NCBI RefSeq assembly: GCF_030028105.1
Contig: NC_092379.1
Coordinates: 27,893,821 to 27,957,820 of the forward strand
Origin: Mobula birostris
Lineage: Eukaryota
DNA: 64,000 nucleotides
Direction of reading: 5' to 3'
A program made the position numbers and the translations under genes. The notes under the pieces are model-generated. The model ran no database searches. It saw only the letters and a program-made list of their open reading frames with translations, and was not told where the DNA came from. Positions 24,801 through 37,194 of this stretch are shown in pieces. Numbering within the stretch: position 1 is the stretch's first letter; each line of letters starts with the position of its first letter.

Positions 24801-25951
24801 ATTTGACAAGGTTGCACACGGTAGGCTTATTCAGAAAGTCAGAAGGCATTGGATCCAGGGAAGTTTGGTAAGGTGGATTCAGAATTGGCTTGCCTGCAGA
24901 AGGCAGAGGGTCGTGGTGGAGGGAGTATATTCAGATTGGTGGGATTGTGACTCGTGGTATCCTACAAAGATCTGTTCTGGGACCTCTATTTTTCGTGATT
25001 CTTATTAAGGACTTGGATGTTGGGGTAGAAGGGAGGGTTGGCAAGTTTGCGGACGACACAAAGGTTCGTGGTGTTGTAGATAGTGTAGAGGATTGTCCCA
25101 AGATTGCAGAGAGACATTGATAGGATAGAGAAGTGGGCTGAAAAATGGCAGATGGAGTTCAACCCGGAGAAGTGTGAGGTGGTACACTTTTGAAGGACAA
25201 ACTCCAAGGCAGAGCACAAAGTAAATGGCAGGATACTTGCTAGTGTGGAGGAGCAGAGGGATCTGGGAGTACATGGCCACAGATCCCTGAAAGTTGCCTC
25301 ACAGCTGAATAGGGTAGTTAAGAAAGCTTATGGGTGTTAACTTTCATAAGTCGAGGGATAGAGTTTAAGATTCGCGATGTGATGATGCACCTCTATAAAA
25401 CTCTGGTTAGGCCGCACATGGAGTATTGTGTCCTTTGCTGGTCAGCCAACTATAGGAAAGATGTGGAAGCATTGGAAACGGTACAGTGGAGATTTACTAG
25501 GATGCTGCCTGGTTTAGAGAGTATGCATTATGATCAGAGATTAAGGGAGCTAGGGCTTTACTCATTGGAGAGAAAGAGGATGAGAGGAGACTTGATAGAG
25601 GTGTACAAGATCATAAGAGGAATAGAAAGAGTGGATAGCCAGCGTCTCTTCCCCAGGCAATACTGCTCAGTACAAGAGGACATGGCTTTAAGGTAAGGGG
25701 TGGGAAGTTCAAGGGGGATATTAGAGGAAGATATATATTTTTTTTTTTGCTCAGAGAGTGGTTGGTGCGTGGAATGCACTGTCTGAGTCAGTGGTGGAGG
25801 CAGACACACTGGTGAAGTTTACGACACTACTAGACAGGTATATGGAGGAATTTGAGTTGGGGGGCTATATGGGAGGCTGGTTTTGAGTGTCAACACAACA
25901 TTGTGGGCCGAAATGCCTGTACTACGCTCTACAATTCTATGGTCTATGTTC
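21890..25951 (+). mobile_element. Full-length CR1-like LINE (5' UTR, ORF1 zinc finger plus SGNH esterase, ORF2 APE-RT), frameshifted
   Basis: ORF1 MVMCLSCEMWQ..HICQKC and VVIGESIVRGADRRFC..HVGTND; ORF2 [31 protein letters not shown] and FADDTKV; 3' hairpin and TTCTATG-like tail. Confidence 0.92.
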
Positions 25952-28275
25952 AACCATTCTCACAAGGCCTGATCATATACGATTATGTTCAGTGTATTAG
26001 TTATTGTTCTGTTTATTCTGCATAGCTCTTTAACAATTATTTTTCAGTCATGGTTGTCCGTTGCACTCCGGTCACTCACTCTGCAGTTTACACTGGTTCG
26101 TAACAGTTTGGAACAGATTATTAGTTGTATGATTATTAGCACGAACTCACCTTCGCTCTGTACAGATGCTGTTTGTTCTTGTGGATGTTAGTTTCGCGTT
26201 CTGATTCATTTGTTAAATTAAGGACGCGGTATGTCGCCTTTCTCATAGGTAAACATGAAAGTGTACAGTGCCACTGACTTTGAACGTGTATTAATCGTGA
26301 CCATGCAGTGTTCTTCTACGCAATGTTATTTAATGTTGTACAGACTCACTCCATATTACAGCATCAACTTTGATACTGGGCTCGGCGTCTGTTTTCACTG
26401 TAGTAGTCTGCCAAGCTCCATAACATTAACTGAACAATTTATAGCATTCACGAAGTTCATATAGGCAGCTGCAGAAGTAATGGGAGACATTGGACATAAA
26501 ACCACGTCATGCTAGAGCAGGTGCTGATGTATTAGAATGAGTGATTGGACAAGCTATTTTTATTCCCACGATAGAAAGTGCGATATACAGCATTATCTGT
26601 CCTCGCAATGAGTAGCATAAACTGAGTTAATTTGCAACATCATGTATACAATAAATGTTAATTTATTATAAACTAGGGGCAATGACTCTCATATATGTCA
26701 TATTATTGTTATTTTATATTACCTCATTACCTTATATTACAGATTAGACTATATATTAAACAGCCTATTTTGCAGTACCAAGAACTGCTGTCAGGTTACC
26801 ACAACAGCTTGACCCCATCCCCTTCTACGTCTGTTTCATTTCTACGTCGAATTCACAGTATGAGATCGGCATTCAATCAGAAATTATTCCAAATTCAGGT
26901 GCAAAATTTCTGAATCAGAATATGATGATGTGTGCACACTGTAACACAAAGGATGTGATCTGCACTTTCAAAACCATGCTTTCGAGAAGGTTAGAGTCTG
27001 AGCACATCATCTGTTTGGAAGCATCGTCAGGGGCATACAATCCAGGATTAGGTTCAATAAGATTATTTTTTTTCCATTATGGCTCTATTAATGCGGATAT
27101 TGTTTACTTCTGATACCACAAGATTTTAATCATAATTAAAATAATTAAACACTTTACTCTTGCCGATGATGAATGTCCAAAATCCAATGCCAAAGCCTCT
27201 CATTCCACTGTCCCAATAGGCGAGACGTGTTTTTTGATTTCTGTGACCTGTAAGTCATAAATCAAAGCATGCGGCAAATGTTCACGCGTATAGTACAACA
27301 TGGTATCCTGCTGAATAACCGCAAAAAAAATGGTTTTATTTGTTTATTTCTGAGACTCTAACTCAGAAAATAGGTGAGTGTCAAATTCATTTAAATTAGG
27401 CGGGAAATTTGCTGACTAATCTCAACATTCTGGAAAGGAGGCATTTTTTTGTTTCATATCCTGACATTACTATCTACGTGTATCCATTGATCCATTAAAT
27501 CGATCAGCTAGATCATCGAGAGTTTTCAGCTCAGTTTTACGAAAGGAAAGCTCTGAATCAAAAGCGAGACTCTCGTTTGTCTGAAGTTAATAAGGTAAAT
27601 TGATGATTTTCATTTCACATGAGAATTATTAAAGACGAAAACTTTAGGAGCACCCAGCTGGCGAGGAATTTCTCCAAAAACCAATAAATGAACAGTGCAA
27701 ATGAGCGAACATAATCTTTGTTGTCAACTGGTGGAATATAACTTCTTTGCTCCTGGCGATGTTACATGAACTTCCTTCATGTAACAAAAGCCTATACACA
27801 AACAATTACTGCTTCCAAATGTCTAATTAATTGGTAAGTCATTCAAAGAAAAGCTACTTTCATAGTTTGCATGTGAAAACGTCAAAATACCGTGCGCTGC
27901 GCAGCGTGCTCATTTCTTTATTTAAGATCAATTCTGCTGTCTCAATTCTGCCAGAAATGCACATCAGAGTAGATTAAATACTGTTATTGCATCTTTTGCC
28001 GCACCCACAATTGGTGACACTCCCATTTATTCTGCTCTGATTCTCTGCGTCGATGAGCAAGCGCAATTTGTTGACAGTCTTCTCCACGAGAATTGCCGGC
28101 TGCCACTCATTCCTCCCCCTTTGCGTGGCGCTGCGCTGTTCTGTCAGCTCACAAAGTGTTTGACTCCTTTGTTGCGCACTTTTGCGAAGGCCTTGGCAAA
28201 ATTTCATTTCCTGCACTGCGTCTCAACGCCTTTTTCTATTGTGTCTTTAGAGATTCAACACCGTGCGCTGCCTGA

Positions 28276-28286
28276 TGTGATTGGTC
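28276..28286 (+). promoter_or_regulatory. V3 promoter inverted CCAAT box
   Basis: TGTGATTGGTC about 80 nt upstream of the ATG. Confidence 0.55.
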
Positions 28287-28366
28287 GGTTTGGACAAGGG
28301 TATATGTATTTATCCTCTGGCAATGAGTCTGCACTCTGTGGTCACTGGAGTACAGAGTCAAACAGA

Positions 28367-28846
28367 ATGATTATGAAGACCTGTCTCACGCCGCTCCTCA
28401 TTATTGTGTTTCTTCTGGGTAAGATGTTCCTTCACTGTAATATTTGAGACCTCCCCGTTTTCTGTAAACACGTTTTATTGTCAATTTACGTAACCGTGTT
28501 GTTCGACCTAGAACTTATGATCTACTATTTATTTTACTGTTAGATTGGAGCCTTCAAGACTCAGTAGAACAGACACTGGATGCAGTGACGAACGAAGAAG
28601 AAAGTAATGTTACCCTAAACTGTACTTTACAAACAAATGCTGCATTCCCGAATGTTTTCTGGTACAGACACCGCCCCAGACAGCGACCACAGTATTTGAT
28701 TCGGATCATTGGAAAGACAGTAAACAGAAATGAAGATGTAACCAATCGATTAAATGCTTCCTATGATAACAGTAACAAATATTCCGAACTCTCGATTAAG
28801 AACGCCGCAGTCTCTGACTCAGCCACGTACCTGTGCGCGATGAGCA
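28367..28846 (+). CDS. TCR alpha/delta-type V gene segment V3 (leader exon 28367-28418, intron 28419-28543, V exon 28544-28846); apparently functional
   Basis: Spliced product MIMKTCLTPLLIIVFLL-D-WSLQDSVEQTLDAVTNEEESNVTLNC...VFWYRH...DSATYLCAMS. GT/AG sites are intact and the 303-nt V exon is the same length as that of V2. Confidence 0.9.
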
Positions 28847-28884
28847 CACAGTGTTGAAAAAACTCGATTATCCGAACAAAAACC
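28847..28884 (+). other. V3 recombination signal sequence (22-nt spacer, 23-type)
   Basis: Perfect heptamer CACAGTG 28847-28853, 22-nt spacer, perfect nonamer ACAAAAACC 28876-28884. Confidence 0.93.
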
Positions 28885-28908
28885 CACTTAAGCAGTTTCT
28901 TCGAGACC

Positions 28909-28922
28909 TCGATAGAGGGCGA
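28909..28922 (+). promoter_or_regulatory. CTCF-like motif downstream of V3 RSS
   Basis: TCGATAGAGGGCGA, 11 of 14 match; 24 nt after the nonamer. Confidence 0.55.
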
Positions 28923-29440
28923 ACAAATCAAGGTTAAAAAAAAAAGTTAATGAAGTCTAAAGGATTAGTACAATTATTTCATATGATGTCACAGCAAGCA
29001 TCTAACACCAGTGATGTACCCACGTGGCATTTGCAATGGATGTTTTTTTTTTCTTCGTTAGCTGTAACTTTGATTGAAGACACTTCACCTTCAGTAATTC
29101 CTATGTGTTACTTAATCCATCTGAAAATTCACCATTTCGCATCGGAAGCTAACACAATCATCATTGTAGATAAAGGATTCATATTTAGGGGTCGTTTGAC
29201 ATAGAAGGACAAAACTTTGCCAGAAGAATCGCACATGTCCCAATCGACATTACACTGAAAATTGTGGAGAAGCCAACGTTTAGTGAAATCACTCAGATGC
29301 AATCATGTGCCTTTTGATTTCAGTCAAAGATTCAATCGACCTTTGCTAGATTGTTGCTGACTGTCGGTGTTTTTCATTACCACGTGAGATGTTTACCTAT
29401 TTCAACGCCAGCGTCACATTGTTTCCGACATAAATAAAAA

Positions 29441-30798
29441 ATATGTATTTCAGCAAAGCATTTGATAAGGTATCACACACAACTCGCTGGAGCAGCTCAG
29501 CAGGTCGGGCAACATCCGCGGAAAAAATCAGTCGACGTTTCGGGCCGGGACCCTTCGTCGGGTTCCGACCCGAAAATTCGACCGATCTTTTCCACGGCTG
29601 CTGCCGACCTGCTGAGCTCCTCCAGCGTGTTGTGAGTGTTGCTTTGAGCACAGCATCTGCAGATTATTTTGTGATTTGATAAGGTAACCCAAGAAAAGTT
29701 TATTGAGAAAGTAAAGACGCATGTGATCCAAGGAGGAATTGCTTTGTGGATCCAGAACTGGCTTGCCCACAAAAGGCAAAAATAACTTGTAGACGTATAA
29801 TATATTGCATCGACGTCAGTCACAAATGGGGTGAACCAGGAATCTGTTCCGGGACCCATACTTTGTTGATTTTTATAAATGACCTGGATGAGGAAGTGGA
29901 GGTGTGGGTTAGTAAGTTTGCTGTTGACACAAAGTTTGGATGTGTTGTGGATCGTGTGGACAACTGTCAGAGGTTACGGCGCGTCATTGATAGCATGCAA
30001 AATTGGGCTGAAAAGCGGCAGATGGATTTCAACCCAGTGAAGTGTGAAGCGGTTCATTTGGTAGGTCAAATATGATGGTAGAATGTAGTACTAAAGGTAA
30101 AACTCTTGGCAGTGTGGAGGATCAGAGGGATCTTGGGGTCCTAGTCCATACGACACTCAAAGCAGCTGGAAGGCGTACGGTGTATTGGCCTTCATCAATC
30201 GTGGAATTGAATTTAGGAGCCGAGAGGTAATGCTGCAGTATATAGCACCCTGGTCAGACACAACATGGAGTGCTCAGTTCCGGTCATCTCACTACAGGAA
30301 AGTTGAGGACGCCATAGAAAGGGTGGAGAGGTGATTGTAAAAGATGTTGCCTGGATTAGGGAGCATGCCTTATGAGAATTGGTTGAGTGAATTAGGCCTT
30401 TTTCTTGGAGCGACGGAGGATGAGAGGTGACCTGATAGATGTGTACAAGATGATGAGAGGCGTGGACCGTGTGGCTATTCAGCTGCTTTTTCCCAGAGCT
30501 GGAACGGTTGCCGCAAGAGGAAACTTGTTTAAGGTGCTGGTGAGTAGGCACAGAGGAGCTGTCAGTGGTAGGTTTATAACTCGGCGTGTGTTGAGTTCGA
30601 GGAATGCGCTACCGACAACGGTGGTGGAAGAAGATACGACAGGGTCTTTTTAGAGACATTTAGATAGGCACATGGAGCCGAAAAATTAAGCGCTGCAGGT
30701 AAGCCGAGTAATATCTAAGGCAGGGACATGTTCGGCAAAACTTTGTGGGCTGAAGGGCCTGTATTGTGCTGCAGGTTTTCTATGTTTCTATGTTTCTA
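29441..30798 (+). mobile_element. 5'-truncated CR1-like LINE with a nested mini-element
   Basis: [34 protein letters not shown]; (TTTCTATG)n tail at 30777-30798. Confidence 0.88.
29473..29673. mobile_element. 201-bp palindromic Penelope-terminus mini-element with 13-bp TSD, nested in CR1
   Basis: TSD ATTTGATAAGGTA at 29460-29472 and 29674-29686; long imperfect inverted arms; hammerhead-like CCGACGA..GAAA on the minus strand (~29534-29562). Confidence 0.82.
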
Positions 30799-32086
30799 AA
30801 TAAATGCGGGGTCACGATCCATTGCGTATACCGACAGTTTACGTTCCTGCTCATACACATAAGATAAAGTTCGCAGTTTGTTTTCGATTGACTACATTTG
30901 CAAGTCAAAGCGTTGTACAATTGGTAATATGAATGGTTACAGAAATTAGGTCACGTAATTCGGAGCAACGTTGACGCCATGCGTCCTGATTGACTGAAGC
31001 ATTATACCTGTTTTTGCAATACTTACAGTAAGAGCCTCCAAATAAATTAATTTATACGTTCTAACCTTCCCAGGCTACTGAACTTTTTGAATGAACTCAC
31101 AGCGCTTTTTCACCAAAATCGACTTATTGGATAAGCACGGTCATTGATATTAATATCTCAGTTGAACGTTAAGTGTATTTTCAGATGTAATAACTCGTAA
31201 CCTCATATGTCCTAAAATCGTCCCTTCTGTATTCTGTCGTTCAATTGACCATTTTAAGCTACGATCAGGAGACTTTTCGATGAATACGTCAATGCAAATT
31301 CGCTTGCCCAATTGCCCTATTGTCTGTACATTCAATTTTGCTGAATTTCGTCTAATATATAACAAGCACATTTTATATTGAATCAAATACTTTGTGCTGG
31401 AAAACTGTTTTTGTTTTTTTTTGTTTTGTTTTGTTTTTTTTTTGTTCCTGGGAAAATAACTACAAGATAATATAAACTTTATCATTTCAATTCTGAAAAT
31501 AAAGGTTAAAGACCTGGCATTTTCTCATTGTACGAAATAAATACAGTTCATTATTTGGGCAAAATGTCAATAAATCCCTGAAATTTCTATCACTTCAGTT
31601 CACTTTGCATGGCACAGTTAATAAGCAGACAGCTGTCACAGTTTTGTATTCGAGAGAGGCTTCCTCCTCCAATCCAGTCATTACTGAGAAGGTTTTTGTA
31701 ATTACCGCCCCTACTTTAGGTTACCAAGCGTCGCAGGTTTGAACGTTACAGCTGTTGCGCTCATACCTCACTTATCTTTCACCTCGTCTGAGCATTGTTA
31801 TTGAGCTAAGATCCAGTGAAACAAAATGCAATTGATCCACGCGGTAGAACACAGGAAGGTAAAAGTGGGGATGCATTTCTTTTCCCATTTTCTTTCTATC
31901 TTTGTACTCTGACTGCAAATTTGCAACAAAAGGAAACCCCATAAAGAACCGCTTTTCGTCCAAAGCTATATATTCTACTACACTCGACAAGAATTTAATT
32001 TACAAAAAAATTCCAGACAGAATTTCAAATACGAATATATGATAATATTACAATTTCTGAGGTAACAGTGACCTGTTTGATTTAAG

Positions 32087-35000
32087 TAACATAGAACACA
32101 GAGCATAGAATAGTACAGCACAGTATAGGCCCTTCGGCCCACAATGTTGTGCTGACCCTCAAACCCTGCCTCCCATATAAGCCCCCACCTTAGATTCCTC
32201 CATATACCTGTCTAGTAGTCTCTTAAACTCTCACTAGTCTATCTGCCTCCACCACTGACTCAGGCAGTGCATTCCACCGCACCAACCACTCTCTGAGTAA
32301 AAAACCTCCTCTAATATCCCCCTTGAACTTCCCACCCCTTACTTTAAAGCCATGTCCTCTTGTATTGAGCAGTGGTGCCCTGGGGAAGAGGAGCTGGCTA
32401 TCCACTCTATCTATTCCTCATATTATCTTGTACACCTCTATCATGTCTCCTCTCATCCTCCTTCTCTGCAAATAGTAAAGCACTAGCTCCCTTAATCTCT
32501 GATCATAATGCATACTCTCTAAACCAGGCAGCAACCTAGTAAATCTCCTCTGTACCCTTTCCAATGCTTCCACATCCTTCCTATAGTGAGGTGACCAGAA
32601 CAAGACACAGTACTCCAAGTGTGACATAACCAAAGTTTTATAGAGCTGCATCATTACATCGCGACTCTTAAACTCTATCCCTCCACTTATGAAAGCTAAC
32701 ACCCCATAAGCTCTCTTAACTACCCAATCGACCTGTGAGGCAACTTTCAGGGATTTGTGGACATGTACCCCGAGATCCCTCTACTCCTTCACACTACCAA
32801 GTATCCTGCCATTTACTTTGTTCTCTACCTTGGAGTTTGTCCTTCCAAAGTGTACCACCTTACACTTCTCCGGGTGAACTCCATCCGCCACTTCTCAGCC
32901 CACTTCTGCATCCAATCAATGTCTCTCTGCAATCTTTGACAATCCTCCACACTATCTACAACACCACCAACCATTGTGTCGTCTGAAAACTTGCCATCCC
33001 ACCCTTCTACCCCCACATCCAGGTCGTTAATAAAAATCACGAAAAGTAGAGGTCCCAGAACAGATCCTTGTGGGACACCACTAGCCACAATCCTCCAATA
33101 TAAATGTACTCCCTCCATCATCACCCTCTGCCTTCTGTAGGCAAGCCAATTCTGAATCCACCTGGCCAAACTGCCCTGGATCCCATGCCTTCTAACTTTC
33201 TGAATAAGTCTACCGTGTGGAACATTGTCAAATGCCTTTCTGAAATCCATATAGATCAAATCCACTACACTACCCTCATCTATATGCCTGGTCACCTTCT
33301 CAAAGAACACTATCAGGCTTTTTAGACACGATCTGCCCTTCACAAAGCCATGCTGACTGTCCCTGATCAGACCATGATTCTCTAAATGCCCATAGATCCT
33401 ATCTCTAAGAATATTTTCCAGCAGCTTTCCCACCACAGTCGTAAGGCTCACTGGTCTATAATTACCCGGACTATCCCTGCTACCTTTTTTGAACAAGGGA
33501 ACAACATTCGCTTCCCTCCAATCCTCCGGTACCATTCCCGTGGACAACGAGGACATAAAGATCCTAGCCAGAGGCTCAGCAATCTCTTCTCTCGCCTCGT
33601 GAAGCAGCCTGGGAAATATTCTGTCAGGCCCCGGGGACTTATCTGTCCTAATGTATTTTAACAACTCCAACACATCCTCTCCCTTAATATCAACATGCTC
33701 CAGAACATCAACCTCACTCATATTGTCCTCACCATCATCAAGTTCCCTCTCATTGGTGAATACCGAAGAGAAGTATTCACTGAGGATCTCGCTCACTTCC
33801 ACAGCCTCCAGGCACATCTTCCCATCTTTATCTCTAATCATTCCTACCTTCACTCCTGTCATCCTTTTTTTCTTCACATAATTGAAGAATGCCTTGGGGT
33901 TTTCCTTTACCCTACTCGCCAAGGTCTGCTCTTGCCCCCTTCTTGCTCTTCTCAGCCCCTTATTAAGCTCCTTTCTTGCTTCCCTATATTCCTCAATAGA
34001 CCCATCTGATCCTTGCTTCCTAAACCTCATGTATGCTGCCTTCTTCCACCTGACTAAATTTTCCACCTCACTTATCACCCATGGTTCCTTCACCCTACCA
34101 TTCTTTATCTTCCTCACGGGGACAAATTTATCCCTTACATCACGCAAGAGATCTCTAAACATCGACCACATGTCCATAGTACATTTCTCTGCAAAAACAT
34201 CATCCCAATTCACACCCGCAAGTTCTAGCCTTATAGCCTCAGAATTTGCCTTTCTCCGATTAAAAAAAAATCCTGTCCTCTGTGATTCTCTCCTTTTCCA
34301 TGATAATTATAAAGGCCATGAAGCGGTGGTCACTGCCCCCCAGATGCTCACCCACTGAAAGATCTATGACCTGAGCCGTTTCACTACCTAATACTAGATC
34401 TAATATGGCATTCCCCCTGGTCGGCCTGTCCACATACTGTGACAGGAATCCATCCTGGACACACTGAACAAATTCTGCCGCATCTAAACCCTTGGAACTA
34501 ATCAGGTGCCAATCAATATTAGGGAAGTTAAAGTCACCCATGATAGCAACCCTGTTATTTTTCACCTTTCCACAATCTGTTCCTCTATATCTCTGTTGCT
34601 ACCAGGGGACCTATAGAATACCCCCAGTAGAGTAACTGCTCCTTTCCTGTTCCTGACTTCCACCCATATTGACTCAAAAGAGGATCCTGCTACATTGCAC
34701 ACCTTTTCTGTAGCTGGAATAGTATCCCTGACCAGTCATGCCACCCCTCCTCCCCTTTTTCCGCCCTCTCTATCCCTTTTAAAGTACTGAAATCCAGGAA
34801 TATTGAGAATCCATTCCAGCCCTGGTGCCAGCCAAGTCTCTGTAATGTCCGCTACACCATAATTCCATGTATGTATCTAAGCTCTCAGTTCATCCCCTTT
34901 GATCCTGATGCTTCTTGCATTGAGGTACACACATTTCAGCCCTTCTACCTTACTGTCTTTACACCGTTTATTCTGCTTCTCTTTCCTCAAAGCCTCTCCA

Positions 35001-35975
35001 TATGTTAGATCTGGCTTTACTCCATGCACTTCTTTCACTGCTCTATCGCTCTGGGTCCCATCCCCCTCGCAAATCAGTTTAAACCCTCCCGAACCATGCT
35101 AGCAAACCTACCTGCAAGGATATTTCTCCCCCTCGCGTTCAGGTACAACCCATCCAATCTGTACAGGTCCCACCTTCCCCAGAAGAGATCCCAATGATCT
35201 AAAAATCTAAAAGCCTGCTCCCTGCACCAACTCCTCAGCCACTCATTCAACTGCCATCTGCTCCAAATTTTACCATCTCTGTCACGTAGCACTGGCAGCA
35301 ATCCTGAGAACGTCACCCTTGACGTCCTGTTCTTCAGCCTTCTGTCTAGTTCCCGAAACTCACACTTCAACACCTCATCCCTCTTCCTGCCTATGTCGTT
35401 GGTCCCAACATGTATCACGACTTCTGGTTGCTTTCCCTCTCGTACCAGGATGTCGTGCACCCGGTCAGAGACATCCCGGACCCTGGCACCCGAGAGGCAA
35501 CAAACCATGCATGTGTCCTTCTCACCTCCACAAAATCCCCTGTTTGCTTCCCTGACTATAGAATCTCCAATGACGACAGCTCTCCTCTTCTCCGTTTCAC
35601 CCTTTTGCACCACAGGGTCAGACTCAGTGCTTGAGGCCCTGCCACCGTGGCTCACACCTGGTTGGTCGTCCCCGCCAACAGTATCCGGGACAGTAAACTT
35701 ATTATTCAGGGGATTGTCTACAGGGGTGTTCTGCACTACCTGTCTGCTCACCTTCGCTTTCCCCCCTCTGACTGTCACTCAACGACCTAGTTCCGACAGC
35801 CTAGGTGTGACTACCTCCCTGTAGCTCTCATCTATGACTACCTCATTCTCCCTTATGAGTCGAAGGTCATCCAACTGCTGCTCCAGATTCCTTACACGGT
35901 CTTCCAGATCGCCCAGCCGTATGCACTTCTGGCAGATGTGACTCTGCCGGAGAGGGGCCGTCTCGGCAACAGTGG
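32087..35975 (-). mobile_element. Near full-length CR1-like LINE, same subfamily as 21890-25951
   Basis: ORF1 esterase at 35074-35778 (VIGDSIVR..HVGTND..DGLYLN); 462-aa open RT stretch at 32825-34213; tail at ~32087. Confidence 0.92.
32825..34213 (-). CDS. CR1 ORF2 reverse-transcriptase fragment (462 aa, element frameshifted)
   Basis: [64 protein letters not shown]. Confidence 0.85.
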   Translation of the reverse strand: MNWDDVFAEKCTMDMWSMFRDLLRDVRDKFVPVRKIKNGRVKEPWVISEVENLVRWKKAAYMRFRKQGSDGSIEEYREARKELNKGLRRARRGQEQTLASRVKENPKAFFNYVKKKRMTGVKVGMIRDKDGKMCLEAVEVSEILSEYFSSVFTNERELDDGEDNMSEVDVLEHVDIKGEDVLELLKYIRTDKSPGPDRIFPRLLHEAREEIAEPLARIFMSSLSTGMVPEDWREANVVPLFKKGSRDSPGNYRPVSLTTVVGKLLENILRDRIYGHLENHGLIRDSQHGFVKGRSCLKSLIVFFEKVTRHIDEGSVVDLIYMDFRKAFDNVPHGRLIQKVRRHGIQGSLARWIQNWLAYRRQRVMMEGVHLYWRIVASGVPQGSVLGPLLFVIFINDLDVGVEGWDGKFSDDTMVGGVVDSVEDCQRLQRDIDWMQKWAEKWRMEFTRRSVRWYTLEGQTPR

Positions 35976-36189
35976 CGGTCTTTTGATCAGACGCCACTAT
36001 GCCACTATGCTAATCACTGCATTCAAAAGCTACTGGTGTCTGAGCCGGATAACTAGTAGAATCATCTGTTCCCAATAATTTCAGTTGTCGTACACTGGCA
36101 TGTTTTCACTACCAGTTCTAAACTTTACATCCCATCGTGACCCCACTAGGTAGTGATCAGAAATAGCTGATCTTCTTGGGAGCATGATG

Positions 36190-36790
36190 TTCACATCGGT
36201 GGTGAGCAAGTGGAACAGATCACGCTTGGGTTAAATATCACAAATGACCTGACTTGGACCAACTTGGCAGAGTCCACTGACAAGAATGCTCCACCAGCCC
36301 CTTTACGTCCTGAGAAAAATAAAGAAATTTGGCCTGTCCCGAAAATCCTCACATTTTTTTTTATAGATGCACCGTAGAAATCATTCCTCTAGGGTGTATC
36401 ACAATCTGATATGGAGGTTGTCTTGTCCAAGACCGGAAGAAGCTGCAGAAGATCGTGAACACGGCGCGGCACATCACACACACCGATCTTCCTTCCGTAG
36501 ACTCCCTTTACACCGCACGCTGTCGGGGTAGTGCTGCCAGAATAAACTGGGATACGACCCACCTAGCCAAGACACTCTTTGTCCCTCTTCCCTCCGGGAG
36601 AAAGCCCAGGAGCTTGAAGACTCGTACGCCAGATTTGGGAACAGCTTATTTCCAATTGTGATAAGATGCTGAACGTATCCTGAGCCGGATTTGGACCGTA
36701 CTGTCCAAATATCCGGACCTGCCTTTCGTTTTTTTTTTTCACTACCGTACTTTCAATTCTCCACTTTCTATTTATGATTCATAATTTCAA
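36190..36790 (+). mobile_element. Degenerate Rex1-like 3' fragment
   Basis: Remnants of LG..ITNDLTW, FYRCTVE, LPSVDSLYTARC and LFVPLPSGRK.RSLKTRT. Confidence 0.72.
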
Positions 36791-37194
36791 TTTTTAATAT
36801 TTACTATCGATTTATATTCCAGGGAGCGGGAAGCGTAGAATCAAAGATCGCTGGGATGATTATACGTTCTAGTATCGATTGGTTAGCGACAATGAAGTAT
36901 AAAGTATAAAGTATTCTGGTGGATAGCTTCTCCGGTGTTTATGAGGTGAGCGTGGTAAATCCACTAATTATGTGATCGCTATGTGCACGCAACTCATTTT
37001 GGAATAGCAGATAAGGTGAATTTCATAAACAGACACTGAAGGGTATTTCACTTATCCATAAAGACTGGATATTCAGGCAAGAGTTCATGAGTTTTCAATT
37101 TCTCTGGACATTAAACAACAACAGTAACAAAAGCGACAACGACAATACGATGAAGATCTTTCTCTGAGGAGACCGAGATGACGGTTTTAATGCT

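Noticed and set aside
31691-31729. Perfect GGTTTTTGT nonamer suggesting a D or J 5' RSS
   Set aside because: No heptamer at 12 nt (TACTTTA) or 23 nt (ACCAAGC), no FGxG J motif, and the paralogous cassette positions (~13012, ~17542) lack the nonamer.
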